From Takakia lepidozioides (Eukaryota > Plantae > Bryophyta), in contig CM060731.1 in NCBI GenBank assembly GCA_030704615.1, positions 64,666,001-64,730,000 on the forward strand: a DNA stretch of 64,000 bases. Direction: 5' to 3'. A model generated the notes under the pieces. That model worked only from the letters and a program-made list of their open reading frames with translations, was not told the DNA's origin and did no database searches. A program made the position numbers and the translations under genes. This document shows, in pieces, positions 14,301 through 27,683 of this stretch. Positions within the stretch are counted from its first letter, which is position 1. Each line of letters opens with the position of its first letter.

Positions 14301-17300
14301 AGAAGGTGGCCTTGTACCATAACCCATTGACCATCTGCTAGATGCTACGTAGCTACGAAAGATATATCACCGCAGATCTCAGTGCTTTCCAGCAGGGTTG
14401 TAACCACTGTGTTCCAGCAAAAACATACAGTTTGCCAAGTTACACATTCACACGAGTCAGAAATAGCAAATCTAAGTTAGGTCACCCCAGGGGAAACAAA
14501 GAATTACTCAGATGAGAACATCATCATGGAGGCAGCTTGGCTGACTATCCCACGAACTCGGAAGAACAGACAAAGTCAAAGGCAAGCAGAAAGAACTAGA
14601 GCCATAACATACAATGGCAGCCTCATCAAGGATGGCAATGCGCATGCGGTCGCGCTCCATGCCAGCACTGCCGCCACGCGGCCCTGCTGCTATAGCTGAT
14701 CGCTCCATGCTACTCAAACGTTGTGACACCTGTCATGAGGCACCAATAGGTTGAACACAGGAAAAAGCGTTACCAAAATCCACCCCTCTGTGATTTCAGA
14801 ACCCCTGTGCCCACAGCTACAAGTCAGCCCTTTTTACACCTACATAGATTGTATTTAGTTCTCGAAATTGACTAACTATAAAAGGGCCCCTAGTTTGACA
14901 GAAAGGGAAACCGAATTGTCACACCACCATACCAGAGTGTCCATGGAGACAGAGTTCACTGAGTGATGCACATTGAGTCCCACACGCACAATACTGGGTG
15001 TGTACATGAGCCCATTCTCATCCCGGACACCTGCGGTGCCCCCAGTTCACACACCCCTTCAATCTAGCCACCTTCTGATTCCCAAGTTTGAAGGCCAGTC
15101 TTTACTGCCTTCCATCTATAAACAGAGCTGAATGAACCTTCTCTGTTTTTAAAAGCCCTCCATCCACATCCAAGCGTGAGATGGACACGTATGACACAAT
15201 GAAATGAATCCAGTACTTTCCAAAATCCACATCTTTCACAAAAAGTTGGTGATCTCCCATGGATTGTACCCATGGTATACATTCTACAACATGTACTGAA
15301 TCACTTGAGCACCATGAGAGCATGCCAATAATCACATGAAACCCGCTAGCATGGTCATGCTAAAAAACAAAGCAGATGAAGTAGAGGGACCTGTATGAAG
15401 CAGACGAAGCACAATTTCATCCAGTGCAGAATTGGAAGGAGCGCAAACCAACACATGTGCACGATGCTTGCGTTTGTAGCCCAAAGCTTTTGTTTTCTGC
15501 AATTCCACCCAACCCTAAGCAATCAGCAGGTCTACCTCTAAATCATACTACATGCAACTATCACAAGGTGAACAAGGATAAGAATAAGAGTGGAACAGGA
15601 AGGTGGCAAAACATTAACTGGTGGGATCGACAACCTTCCACACCCAAAACCTGTGCAGCAAGAAAGCCAATTCAACAAGTAATGCAAGCAACCCCAACAA
15701 GCTCTGCTACGTGGTACCAGCGACTCACAAACTGACTGCCAGAGCTGGGGAAGAAGCCATCATCACCATCCAATGGCATATTCAAGTCACGGGGATTAAC
15801 CCCCTTGCCAAGCCATGGTGAAGCCTTCATCCAGTTGTCCATCCTGCATGTGGGTGCATGCCCAGATGCATCAACTTCCATCTCACTGAACGTTTCCTAA
15901 GGATGGATAACAAACAGCCACAATGGCAACATTTGCTGATACAGCAGAAGCCTATTCAGCTCGCACTTCCATGAATTACCAGAGAAGTCCACAAACACTC
16001 TCGTAGGCCATTAATTCCTATGCAAACAAACACTACACACAATAGCCTGTCAAGTCTGCAGATGATCAGAGGAAATACAAAAAGTGAGTGCACAGGTTTG
16101 AGCTATTCACTTCTCCTTATATGACAGCTGCAGCTTCTGCGCAACCACCAGCTCCCCATCCCTGAGCAAAGATCTCCCAATCAAAACCACTTATAGAAAT
16201 TAACACTAACAATCAAACAGATCAGCCAAACATGATCTTTCACCAGCATGACATGACACACTTCCACAAGAAATAACCAAAAACCTCTCTCTGCAACTGT
16301 AGCTCACATGACCCACAAGGGCATCACCTTCAGCTCTTCTGATTCGTAACTTCCATGACCATGACTCAAAGGGGTAGCCATTAAAGAGTGATAGAATGTA
16401 CTCAGAAGACGTTTGCCGTAGCCTTGTGGCCATTGACCCCGCGCTCAGTTTGAGCGGAACACAAAGAGTGATAGAATGTACTCATGTGTTTGCAGTAGCC
16501 TTATGGCCATTGACCCCGTGCCCAGTTTGAGGGGAACACAAAGGGACAGAACCTACCTTTGTCAGGGGCTGACGCCGGTAGTAAGACTTCCCTTGGAATA
16601 GAAAATTGATCCAAGTTTTCCAGATATCCTCTAGAAATCCCTTTACACAAGCATCAACCTGCTGTGTGTGGTTTGCCCAATAACTAGGCCCCAAAAGGGC
16701 CTGGGCTTTTGGCTCAGCCTCGAGACTTAAACAGAGGTACAGGCACAATTTCCTTGATAGATTTGAAGAGAGCGTCTCTCTAGTGAGAGAACCCCAGACA
16801 ATGAATCAGAAAATGAATATTGACTTCAGGTTGCCCACACAACGGGCAATTGCACTCTCCCTTTCCTCTCTGCTTCTGTTTGCTGTTCAAAGGTAGGCTT
16901 CCTGCCCTGAGTTTAAATTTCAGTCTAGTGCAGAGAGTGGGTAGGCCCTTGAGGTCATCCATGATGTCCTCCGCCACATCACAGAGTGTAAACAAGTTCA
17001 GGGAAGTTTTCTGCCGAACTTCATTTTCATCAGACAATTTCCTGGCAACAGACATAAATTTGGACCAGCCTCTAAGTCAGATTTATCCAGCAGGGTCAAG
17101 ACTTGCAGGCTAAGATTCAGATCCTTGAGAATCTCTTCTTCTCTCTTCCGCCAGGAGTTAGCCTGCTTGAAAGAGAAATCCTGCTTCCAAGATATAGAGT
17201 CAATTAACTTAGGATATCTTATGTTGCACATATGTTGCAGCTGACCCCACCATCTGACCTTGAATTCATCTCGTCAGGAACTTAAGGAAGGGATGCCAAA

Positions 17301-20300
17301 CTCACCCCGAACAGCCACATTGGCTGTTTTGGCGCATGCTGACATGCACGCCTTAAGCAAACCCACTTGAATGGATTCTAGAGCCTTAGCCTGGTTGGAG
17401 CTATCAACCCAGATTGCAGATGCGTACTCCAAGGCAGGTCTAATAACGCAACAGAGCATGGTTTTCTTGACCTCAGAGTTGATCCCTCTGCAGAGGAAAA
17501 TTTAGCGAGACCCAGCGCTTTGCGCTTGCCAGTTTGAACAACTTTCTGAATATGTGCATCCCACTTACAGTTGGAGCAAAACTCAATGCCGAGCTATGTG
17601 TAGGAAGGGAGGACCGGATTCTCTTGGCTTCCCCACTGCCACTTGAGATCACCTCCTCCCTCTCCTCGGTCGTTGAATGCCACCACTGCACATTTACTGA
17701 CGTTAGCCTCTAGCCCCCAAAGGTCAAAGTATCTCTTTGCGCAATCAATCAACTCCTGGAGATTGATAGGAGTCTTCCCTATGCCTGCGAAGTCATCCGC
17801 AAACATAAGGGCTGGTATGGTGGCATCACCCACCCTTATCCCAAATCCCTCACTTTCCACATCCTCAAGGAGTTGATTGATGAAAACATTGAAGAGCAGA
17901 CGGGAGAGGGTACATCCTTGAGCTACACCTTGGTCGATGTCAAAGAAGTTAGACTTCTGTCCATTAACAGTGACACAACTTTTGGTGTGGAGATACAAGT
18001 TATAGACAACACATCTTTCCCTTAATCCCACATGACCAGAGTCAGAATTCCAGATCAACCTTGAGATGAGTACTTATAAGCGAAATATCTTGCCAACTGC
18101 ATTGAGCGTGATGCCTCAGTAGTTCCCCGGTTCTTCTGTGTCACCCTTGTTGTATAGATTGACAATGGATAATTTCAGTCCTCCAGATAAGGTTAAAGAG
18201 AAGTACAAGGGCCTCTATCATGGGATCGCCACCGTGCTTGATAAGCTCATTGACTATGGCATCAGGTCCACCAGCTTTATATCCGTTTAAATGCTCCATT
18301 GCTTCCACAATCTCAGAAGAACTAATGGGAGTGTTGTAAGCATTTGAAATATACTCCAATTCATCAGGGCTGTCTTGAATCATAGGAACAGTTTTTCCAA
18401 CTGTGTCCTTCCATTCTTCAGAGGACCCCTCACTGTTAGACCTAGAAATTCTGCCAAGGATACTGTAGTGGGTTTCAAAGGTTTTGACAATGTCAACCAT
18501 TGAAGTCACCAGTGCACCCTTGGTAGTCCTCAGCGCTTGTACTTGCTGACAGTTTTTCGGCTTATACAAACATTGAAGGACCAACCAGAATCTCTTGTCA
18601 TTACCAAAGAGTGATAGAAAAGGAGTGAAAGGATAAATACACTACTTGAAAGGCTGTCTGGCAGATGTGGAGTGTAAAAGAACACTCAGCAGGCCAAGTA
18701 TGGTCTGTGTCTTGCCTGTTCCCGGGGGTCCCTGCAACCACCATGTGTGGCTCTCCATCAGCCATTGTTCCTACGTCATAACTCTCAAAGCAAACACTGA
18801 ATTGACAGACCCACCAAAACTATTGCCACCTGAAGACATGGACCACTGGTACAAGGAGCCATTCTCTCTGCTTAAACCAGTTACTAGTAACAAGTTGAGG
18901 ACTGTGAGCTCCAACATTGGCCATTTTGGGCTGACAAGATTAAGAAACTTTATGCCAAGGCACTCCTTTTGAAGCTAGAAGTACAAGTACAGAGCTAATG
19001 AAGAGGAGGATAACGAGATGTGCAACCTGTATAAGCACCAATGGCTCACGTGACAAGCCTGCCTGCAACATGCCACAAATCACATTGTTCCGTCATATCA
19101 GCTGCTTTGCATGTCCCACTCACTTTACCCACTGCTACTGGCAAGCTATTTGCAGTACTAGGATACATCTCTGGTGTATGTCCACCATGCATAAGGGACT
19201 CAACGACGCAACCTAAACTGCACAAGGTCTGGAGAAAGCAGACAGGCACTCTATTAAAGTATCTGACTGACTGGAGCACCTCAAGCAAGGCAGAACCTGG
19301 ATAGCCTGTAATTGTGATTCGTTGTGGGATGTCTGCAGATACTCAAGGAGAGGCTTGGGAATATTCCACGAGCCTGATTGCCCGGGATCAGCTTCGGTGA
19401 CATCAGCCGACAATATGACATCCACAAACGGCAGCAACCCCACTGAACGCAGCGCAGTGTACTCCCGCATTATTGTTGATAAGTTGCACAGCTGTGTTAA
19501 CTCCATGACCCCCTCATCAATAATCACTCGTGGACCCTGCCCTGACTCTATAATGCTCCAAACACCTACAGCATAGATACATATATACATAAACATATGC
19601 ACCAAACTGCAAGGAAAAAATTGAAGTTGTCATTGCGTTGCAAATGTAGATGACCTGCACCTAACCTCATCCATTAGCAAAAGATGGTCTGCTTACAGGA
19701 CCTATGACATTGAAGCAAAGATAACACTCCAACGTCCTTTCCATCATCCAGCTTATACTTTCATACGATAACTATAGGGGCTACTGGAGCCCTTGTCACA
19801 ACCTTTGGGGTTGTACCTTCCGTACCCGCGTTCAACAGACCAAAAGACTACTCACCTTCAGAAGCCACCATGCTGAACTTGCACCCTGAAGAGCTGTCCG
19901 CACACGGAAGGTTGCTTCACTTGGCACGGCATCCACCCCTTCACCCTCCCTGTCTAGATACAGGCGCACCCGGAGAGTATTTTGGCCTTCTTGGCCCTCC
20001 ACGCTTGCAAATGAATACGTACTGAGCAATCCTCCCTCCCCTGGCTGATAATTCACGAGATATCCAAAAGGAGATAAGAACATATATTAAGCAGGTTGAT
20101 TCAGCAATGAGTGATGGCAATGCTGTGGTAATGAATGCAAAATGTGCTACAGAAAACACCATATATATATATATATATATCAAAGCACCCAGTGCGTTGA
20201 CTAAGTCAGGTCCTTGCTGCATACTCCAATCACTTTCTCAACCATGAGTCTTCAACCTCAGATGCACATATATGACTGCATATCAATATATGAAGCGAGG

Positions 20301-22387
20301 CAGTTTGTTTGTTTGTTTGTTTGTTTGTAGCGTTGAGATCTCCCAGACCGTGGGGCCCCAGCCCTGGTGCTTGGTACCTTTGGAAAGCCCTCAATGAGCA
20401 GGAGGGCACCGGCTTCGTCTCATGATTTTTGGACCTGCGGTGTGGGAGATGTGGAATTTCAAGTACTTTTGGTCACTAGAAATTTGCGAAAAATAGCAAA
20501 GTGGGCTTTCCTGGGACAATGATTGGAGCCTCGACAAGAGATATATCAATAATGATTGGATCAACCTATTCATGGAAAAAAATAAAATCGGGCCTTGACA
20601 TGGGAGACGTACTTGGATACATAGGAGATTGTACTTGGGCTTAGATGACGCTGGACACTTGGGCCTCTACATGGGAGATGCACTTGGATACATGAATAGA
20701 AGATTGCACTTGGGCTTAGATGGGCCTCGACATAGGAGACGAACTTGGCTACATAGGAAATTGCACTTGGTCTTAGATTTCAATCTTCACACATGGGCCA
20801 ACGGCATAGGCTATACTAGAGGTTGCACTTGGAGGAGACGCATTGGGATACATAGGAAATTGCACTTGGTCTTGGATTTCAATTCTTCACACATGGGCCA
20901 AAGGTACATGCTACCCTAGAGGTCGCACTTGGGTCTCGACATAGGAGACGCACTAGGATACATAGAATATCTTACACTTGGGCTTAGATGACACTGGACA
21001 CTTGGGCCAACGGCGCCAAGGCTACCCTAGAGGTCGCAATTGGGCCTCGACATAGGAGATGCACTTGGATACATAGGGGATTGCACTTGGACTTAGATGA
21101 CACTGGACACTTGGGCCAATGGAACAGGCTACCCTAGTTGTTTCTCTTTACATTGAAATGAAGCAGGCCAAAACAAGTCACAGAAACTCTTAAGGATTTT
21201 TCAAGGAACCAGCTCCCCTCAACTCACGGCACCTCTCAATTCTTGGCAACATGCTTTTATCTCACCAAGTAGACAAGTCAGTTGACTGCAATTTCAATCC
21301 GAATCTATGAGTAAGTAGACTATGAAGGCTTCAGATTCACTGAAAGAATGAGAAAGAGACAGTTCAATACAATACAAGAGTCTCTGCCATTTTAAGTCCT
21401 CACACATAAAATCATGTTGAAGAATCTCCCCAACTAAGTCAGCAGAAGCACCTTATGAAAGGCTTTTGTTAGTAAAATTACGATATATAGCTGCACAACT
21501 TCAATTCATCTAATGCCACTCCAATTATTGATTGAATTGTTTGAATGGGCCAGCTATGCTGCTCTTGGCGGAAAGCGTACCTTCTCTTTACAAAGGAGCA
21601 CTAAGTCGTTCTCCGTGAATTCCCGAGAAGACTCTATGGCAAGACGTACAAAATGGAACTCATTGGCCTTCTCCCACTGTTTGACCCCCACCATGTGGCA
21701 TTGCGTACCACCTGCAGTTCACAATGGCAGCTTGCATTCACGTCCTATTCGACCCAGGCGGAACCTGCTCATTTGTTTTTCCATTGCTAAAATGGTGTGG
21801 ACCTTCAATATAAAATCAGCGTATTGCAAACAGCGTGCTGTGCCAGGTGCACCACAAAGCAAACCCGAAGCGTGCTAAAAGACAGGAACTGAGACAAGAA
21901 AGAGAAGAGGCCCTGTGCTGGTGGTGTGAATAATGTCAAGGTTGAGAGGTCTGCACCCTCTTCGTCCCCTCGCAAAATTTGGGCACGGCACTCTGCCAGG
22001 AGAAGCGATTCGAACACTGCAAGATACTCGGCCAGATCAGAGAATCTCTCAGGAACTTTTCGAAGTACATTATCCAACTCCTTATTTTCTCGCGACCGCT
22101 TCTTCCCATGACTTTCCTGTCCGATGTTCCACAATTTCCACATCAGCAAACATAACAATCGACTTCCGCCAACATATCGGGGTGGCCTGAATTGCATCAA
22201 GTACCCGTCAGTTCAGTGGTAGTGATTGTACAAATCGAGGTTTAGGGTTTAAGCTCCACGAGAGACGCACCTTGGACTGAGCGAGGAGGCGCAAATAGTC
22301 CCAGCCGAGCACGAATTTCTGCAAGCGTGCCTGATGAGACACCGCCTGCGCTGATCTTTCCGCCTCGCTCAGCCGTGGAGCGACCAT
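11367..22387 (-). CDS. MAA3: MAGATAMA3/Sen1-like superfamily-1 (Upf1-like) RNA/DNA helicase, about 20 exons
   Basis: Start MVAPRLSE...FVLGWDYLRL (22387-22271). Walker A GPPGTGKT (~18731-18708), VLVCAPSNSALDEIV, Walker B VVIDEAAQA, VGDPIQLPATV, QYRMHP, VDGFQGREKD and RRMNVGLTRA are present, with an acidic C-terminus ending at 11367. Approximate exons: 22387-22271, 22116-21957, 21710-21581, 20044-19856, 19492-19297, 19062-19027, 18731-18646, 16161-16109, 15843-15731, 15496-15390, 15030-14932, 14729-14611, 14012-13920, 13747-13694, 13222-13164, 13054-12970, 12786-12421, 12294-12170, 11947-11860, 11584-11367. Confidence 0.92.
16397..18605 (-). mobile_element. 5'-truncated, degenerate non-LTR retrotransposon (RTE-X-like LINE) in a MAA3 intron
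   Basis: RT motifs KAGGPDAIVNELIK, QGVAQGCTLS, LMFADD; C-terminal CPLC...HFLIHC knuckle; flanked by 14-bp AAAGAGTGATAGAA repeats (16383-16396, 16463-16476, 18606-18619). Confidence 0.9.
20283..21137 (+). mobile_element. Non-autonomous Helitron-like element in MAA3 intron 3
   Basis: Starts A|TC and ends CTAG|T with no TSD; short GCC-AAC/AAT-GG(C) hairpin-like motif near the 3' end; (GTTT)n near the 5' end; internal tandem repeats. Confidence 0.7.
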
Positions 22388-22637
22388 CGCTGGGCAATTT
22401 TGTTAGACACCGATATCCCAGCCCCAGAGACTCGCAGCATGGTCTCCTCAGGAATTCTCTCCCTCTGGCCCCGGACCGCACAGGCAGACCGCAGAGGTGG
22501 CGGCGGCAACCGCACCTTTACCTCTTACAAAAACTGGTGTACGAAAGAGCAACTTTCGACGTATTGGTAGAGAATTACAGTCTTAGGGGACCTACGAATC
22601 GGGGACATGATTGCCATTGCGTCTGTATTAATTAGTA

Positions 22638-23955
22638 CTAGGGTAGCATGTGCCGTTGGCCCAAGTGTCCGGTGTCATGTAAGCCCAAGTGCAATCTCCT
22701 ATGTATCCAAAGCACGTTTCTCATGTCAAGGCCCAATTTATTAGGATAGCATGTGCACTTGAACCAAGTGCGACCTCTAGGGTATCCAATGTCATCTAAG
22801 CCGCAATGTAAGATCTTCTGTATATCCCATTGTCAGTGTGTCTCCTATGTCGAGGCCCAAATGCGACCTCTAGAGCAGCTTGTACCTTTTGGCACATGTG
22901 TGAAGAACTGAAATCTAAGTCAAGTGCAATTTCTATGTATCCCAGTGCGTTTCCTATGTCGAGGCCTATCTAAGCCCAAGTGCAATCTTCTATTCATGTA
23001 TCCAAGTGAATCTCCCATGTAGAGGCCTAAGTGTCTAGTGTCATCTAAGCCCAACTACACTCTCCTATCTATCCAAGTACGTCTCCCATGTCAAGGCCCA
23101 ATTTATTTTTTTCATTAATTTATTGAGTAGTAACATTATATATTGATATTAAAAAAATATTGATATTTCTCCTGTCGAGGCTCCAATCATTGTCCCAAGA
23201 AAGCCCAAGTGCAATCTCCTATGTATCCAAGTGTGTCTCTTATGTATCCAAGGGCATCTCCCATGTACGTCTCCCATGTCGAGGCCCATCTAAGCCTAGT
23301 GTGCAATCTCATATTAATCCAAGTATGTCTCTCATGTCAAGGCCCATTTTCCATGAATTTATTGAGTAGTAATATATCCAATCATTATTGATATATCTCC
23401 CGTCTCTAGGGTAGCATGTGCCATTGGCCCAAGTGTCCAATGTCACCCAAGTCCAAATGCATTTTTTTTTCCACAGAGCCTACGACTAGATTTGAACCGG
23501 AGACCCTTCCCTTGATATCTCTCCTATCGAAGCTCCAACCATTGTCCCAGGAATGCCCATTTTGCTATTTTTCGTGAATTTCCAGCGACCAAAAGTACTT
23601 GGAACTCCACATCTCCCACACCGCATGTCCAAAAATTGTGAGACCAAGCCAGTGCATCCCTCCAACGGTACCAAGCACCGGGGCTGGGGCCCACAGTTCG
23701 GGACATCTCAACGTGACAAAACAAACAAACAAACAAGCCTCAAACGGCAATTGGCTCTCTTGCTTTGCTTTGGCACAACATAAGAGAAGGCAAGACTAGG
23801 GAGCATGACTCAGCACAACACACCAATCAGCGCCTTGACATGGTGTAAGGTCCTTTGACCATATTTTCTCCATTGACTTACATGTCTCCGCAAAAGTCTC
23901 ACTCTCCAAAAGAGCCAACAAACAAACAAACAAACTGGCTGCCTTTGTATATTGA
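22638..23955 (-). mobile_element. Second copy of the same Helitron-like family, inverted, ~250 bp upstream of the MAA3 start codon
   Basis: Reverse strand reads A|TCAATATACAAAGGCAG...GTTTGTTTG ... CTTGGGCCAACGGCACATGCTACCCTAG|T, homologous to 20283-21137. Confidence 0.7.
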
Positions 23956-23979
23956 TGAAACTATTATTTGTATTTTATT

Positions 23980-24290
23980 GGCTCTCTTGAAGAGAGAGAC
24001 TTAGCAACATGTTGTTGCCTGATCTGTCAGTCTTATGGCTTCCTACAAGGTTATTTTTTCCTTGCCTATCTTCTATCAATCTTGCCTTATAAATAAAAAT
24101 TTCTAGGCCTCTCTCCCCTGTTCTTTTAAAAAAAAAGACAAACATGTTGACAATGGAGAAAATGTGGTCAAATGACCTTACATCTTGTCAAGGCTCCGAT
24201 TGGTGCGTTGTGCTAAGTCATGCCCCTTACTCTCACTTCCTCTTATGTTTTGCCAAAGCAAGAGAGCCCATCGCCATTTTAGGCTTGTTT
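23980..24290 (+). repeat. Dispersed repeat copy with an internal insertion, inverted relative to 23740-23925
   Basis: Matches 4055-4240 directly and 23740-23925 as reverse complement. Confidence 0.7.
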
Positions 24291-25738
24291 TATTTTTTAC
24301 TTTCATTTATTTTTAAAAGAAATAAAAAATACATGCACTTCAGATTTTCACACATCAGAGAACATGTGTTTCAACATTTATGAACAAGTCAATTACCTTA
24401 CTCAAGTTGAAAAGGGAACAAATAATCGGAAGAACGTACAAATGAGATACCACCTCGAAACCAAGAAAACATAGAAGAGAAGCCACAAAAGTAGCAAAGA
24501 CAAGAAAAGAGATAATAGAGAAAGATCGATAAGGGACAACAAAAAGAACAGCCATTAGAACTCTAATTGAGAGAGCGATGGCTCTGACCGAGGTCGGCGT
24601 AACAGAAAAGCCACTTCACCTTGCGCAAACTCTAATTGAGTTTTAACCCTAATGACCCCCTCTTTCCTGCGGTGCCAGTAATGTCTCGGTCTTCAGCATC
24701 AAGAATAGGGCTCATATTTGGCGGGGAAGCCATCGTACCAGGTAATATGCGAGTCCGAGAGGCGGGAGCAGATGATGTCGCCCTATGCTAGCTCCGTTTC
24801 TAATCCCGATCGTAGCTGATGACGCCTTAGGCCATCGTGCCCCTAGTTTTCGCGATCCAATGAGTGTAAGTTGGTTGTAGACAACCACACTTGATCCTCA
24901 ATTGCAAAATCCGGGGGGGGGGCAAACCCCGCAATTTTTTCCTGCTCAGATTAGTGGAGCTATGGAGGTTCAAGGTAGTGAGCCCATGGTGCGATCTGGT
25001 CATGGACAGGGTAGAATCGGTTTGGTCTCGGACACTAGGGCTATTGCGAGCAGTATGCCGGCCCAGGTTGCTAATTTGAGTCCTAGTGTGCTGCCTGTTG
25101 TGAATTTCCCTAGTCCCACTCTCGAGGGAAGGAATTTGTTGCCTGCAAATTCGGGTATGCATATGGGCAGTTTTCTTGTGTTGAATGTGCATGGTGTTAT
25201 TCAAGGTGGGGGGTATCATGATGCAAGGGCCCTCTAGTGTATCTGCTGCTCCGACTCATCACAGATCAATCAGTGGGGGCTCTCCCTGCTCCACAGGCTG
25301 GGGTGCCACCACACCTTGTCTCTAGCCAGTCCATAGGCATGCATGTTAGCAATATCCCTCCTAGCGGTATAGGATCAATGTCAATACAACCAGTGGGAGT
25401 GGCATCCACTCTTCCCATGAGTGGAATGTCACAAACCCACTTGCAGTCGACTTACCCTGCTGCTCAGCCAAATGTGGCAACACCTGCTCTCCCCATGGGC
25501 ACAGTGGCGTCACATCTGCCAACTTCAACTGCTAGGATCAGCCAGCAATAATAATATGAATTATAATTCTGCATCTAATATTCGATATGTGCATAGTAGT
25601 GTTGCTCCCATGGTTCCCCGTTGCCCTGCTCATGGGTCTGTCCTCCCTGGTCACATCAACCATAGCCTGCTTTGTCATTTGATCCCTCAGCTAACTACTC
25701 AACCTTACCCAGAATATACCATGGGAGAAGACTTTGAT

Positions 25739-27683
25739 TGTCGCGCACCTCACTTCGGTAAGCTCCCCTTTAAGTCGTAGCTACTCGCTTTGATGCGCGC
25801 GCCTAACTTCCAAACTGGCCGCCGGGCCAACTCGGAGCTTCGGCTGCTCACCGATCCCCATTTGCTCCTCCACAAGACCCTCGCTCACTTTGGGCCTAGT
25901 GGAAATTCCCTTTGGTTGCTGGCAGTCCGGAACAGCTCCCCACACCTTGGTCACTTTCCGGCTCGCACGCTTACTCATTAGTTTTTGGTCACCAACGGGC
26001 TTGCACCGTTCTCAGGGTTACTACTCTCTATATATACTTCTGTGACTGTTTGCGGGGGTTTCACAAACAACACCGTCCTTTTATGGCGAACCACCACGAA
26101 GACCCTTGACTCCCGGTGATGAGTCGTGGTGAGTCTTGGCCCACCCACCACGGTCCCAATGGACCGTGATGAGTCCCAAGACTCCCCACGACTCCCACCA
26201 CAAGGTCTCCGCCCCATGGTGAGTCATATGTCACCCCCACTAAGACCCACTAAGGTACCACCACCCCCCATGGAACCACCCCCACTGCAACCCGGTGTGC
26301 GGGGCTCCACCTAGTGAGTGCATCTGCCTCCTTGAGTGCCTTGGGCACTCAAGGGTGCTTCAGCCCCTATACCTATTGTTGCCACTGCTCCCACCATAGG
26401 GGCAGCCCCTCTTGTGGACACCCGACCCCTTGCCCTCAAGGAAAAATGTTGCGACATTGATAGATATCTTCAGATGTTTGAGGTCATTACTAGTGTCAAT
26501 GGAGTGCCTGAGAATTTCAAGATGACGATCTTTAGGATGAGCATGAAGGGAGCTCGTGACTTACTGCATGCAGCTGTCATGGATCATCCCAGCCTCAACT
26601 AGGCAACTCAGGTGGAATGGGCAAAGACCTTGTTCAAACCTCCTGAGAGGCCTTTGGATTGCTTTACCAAGCTTTCTGCCAGGACTTACCAACCTGGGGA
26701 ATCCTTGTGGAAGTATTACATGGATCTTAAATTTGCTACTGTTAAAAATATCATAGACCCGGCAGAGATGGATCATATGGTTAAGATGTATTTTCTCCTT
26801 GGGTTGCCTTCCACTATTCAGAATTGGGCTCAGCGACGTCATTTTATCAATAACAAGACTATGTTAGCAGAAATTAATCTTAAAATGACAGACTTGGCTG
26901 ACAGCAAATCAATGCAACATCATGCCAAGTTTCAAGCTCCAATGGGCTCAGAGCTTGGAATGTCTGCAATATCCTCACATTATGTTCCTCCTGCTATGCT
27001 ATACAAAGCTGATGACTTTATTCTTCAGGGATTGGCTAATATTGTGGGAAGTCTTAGTGAGTCTGTGGCCACTCAGTTTGCTGTCATATAGGCTCATCAG
27101 TAGAGGTGGCAGCCTCGACATGACCAAGGACCAACAAGTGGTAACAATAGAGGTCGAACCCAGACTGGACAAGCCTATGAGGGTAATCGGGCTGCCTGTT
27201 ACATTTGTGGGTCATTTGAACACTGGACAAAGCATTGTCTAGACAGAGCAGGGCTATCAGAGCTGATTAAGAACAAGAAGACAACTAGTGGTTCTTCCCC
27301 TCATTTAAACTAAAGAGACCTCTTCGGAAGGGGGCAAGACGTCCATCATCTATCAACCCTACTTCTTCTGTTCCGATTCAAGCTATTTTATCTACTAACT
27401 TTTAAGCTTTGCATTGTCCTCTTAGTAGACAGACAGCTGGCCAGCAAATCAATCCCCTCATGGCCCAGTGCCATATCCACGAGCTCAGCTTTCTCTGTGT
27501 GGTTGATACTAGATGCACTATATCTGCTATACCTTTAAGTGTTGTTAGAGTTCTTGGTCTTAAACTATGCCCTACCACAGGTATTGAGGTACTAATTGCA
27601 GATGGATCCAGGTATGAGCCCTTAGGACTTGTCACTGTTCCCATCAGAATTCATAAAAAAAAGGTTGTGGTGACCTGCAGAAT
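25739..27683 (+). mobile_element. Degenerate Ty3/gypsy-like element A: possible 5' LTR, gag with zinc knuckle, aspartic protease
   Basis: Possible LTR TGTCGCG...CAACA (25739-~26071) with a TATA box and a TGGCGAACC PBS-like sequence. Gag-like helical ORFs at 26336-27091; CYICGSFEHWTKHC knuckle (~27196-27238); protease CVVDTRCTISAI...IADGSRYEPLG (27409-27683). Confidence 0.7.

Noticed and set aside
20590-21137. Regularly spaced repeats that superficially resemble a CRISPR array
   Set aside because: The units are degenerate with no unique spacers, there are no cas genes, and the context is a eukaryotic intron; internal Helitron-like repeats explain them.
24740-25720. Pro/Ser/Gln-rich broken ORFs
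   Set aside because: Low complexity and frameshifted; may be a retroelement gag leader but cannot be assigned.
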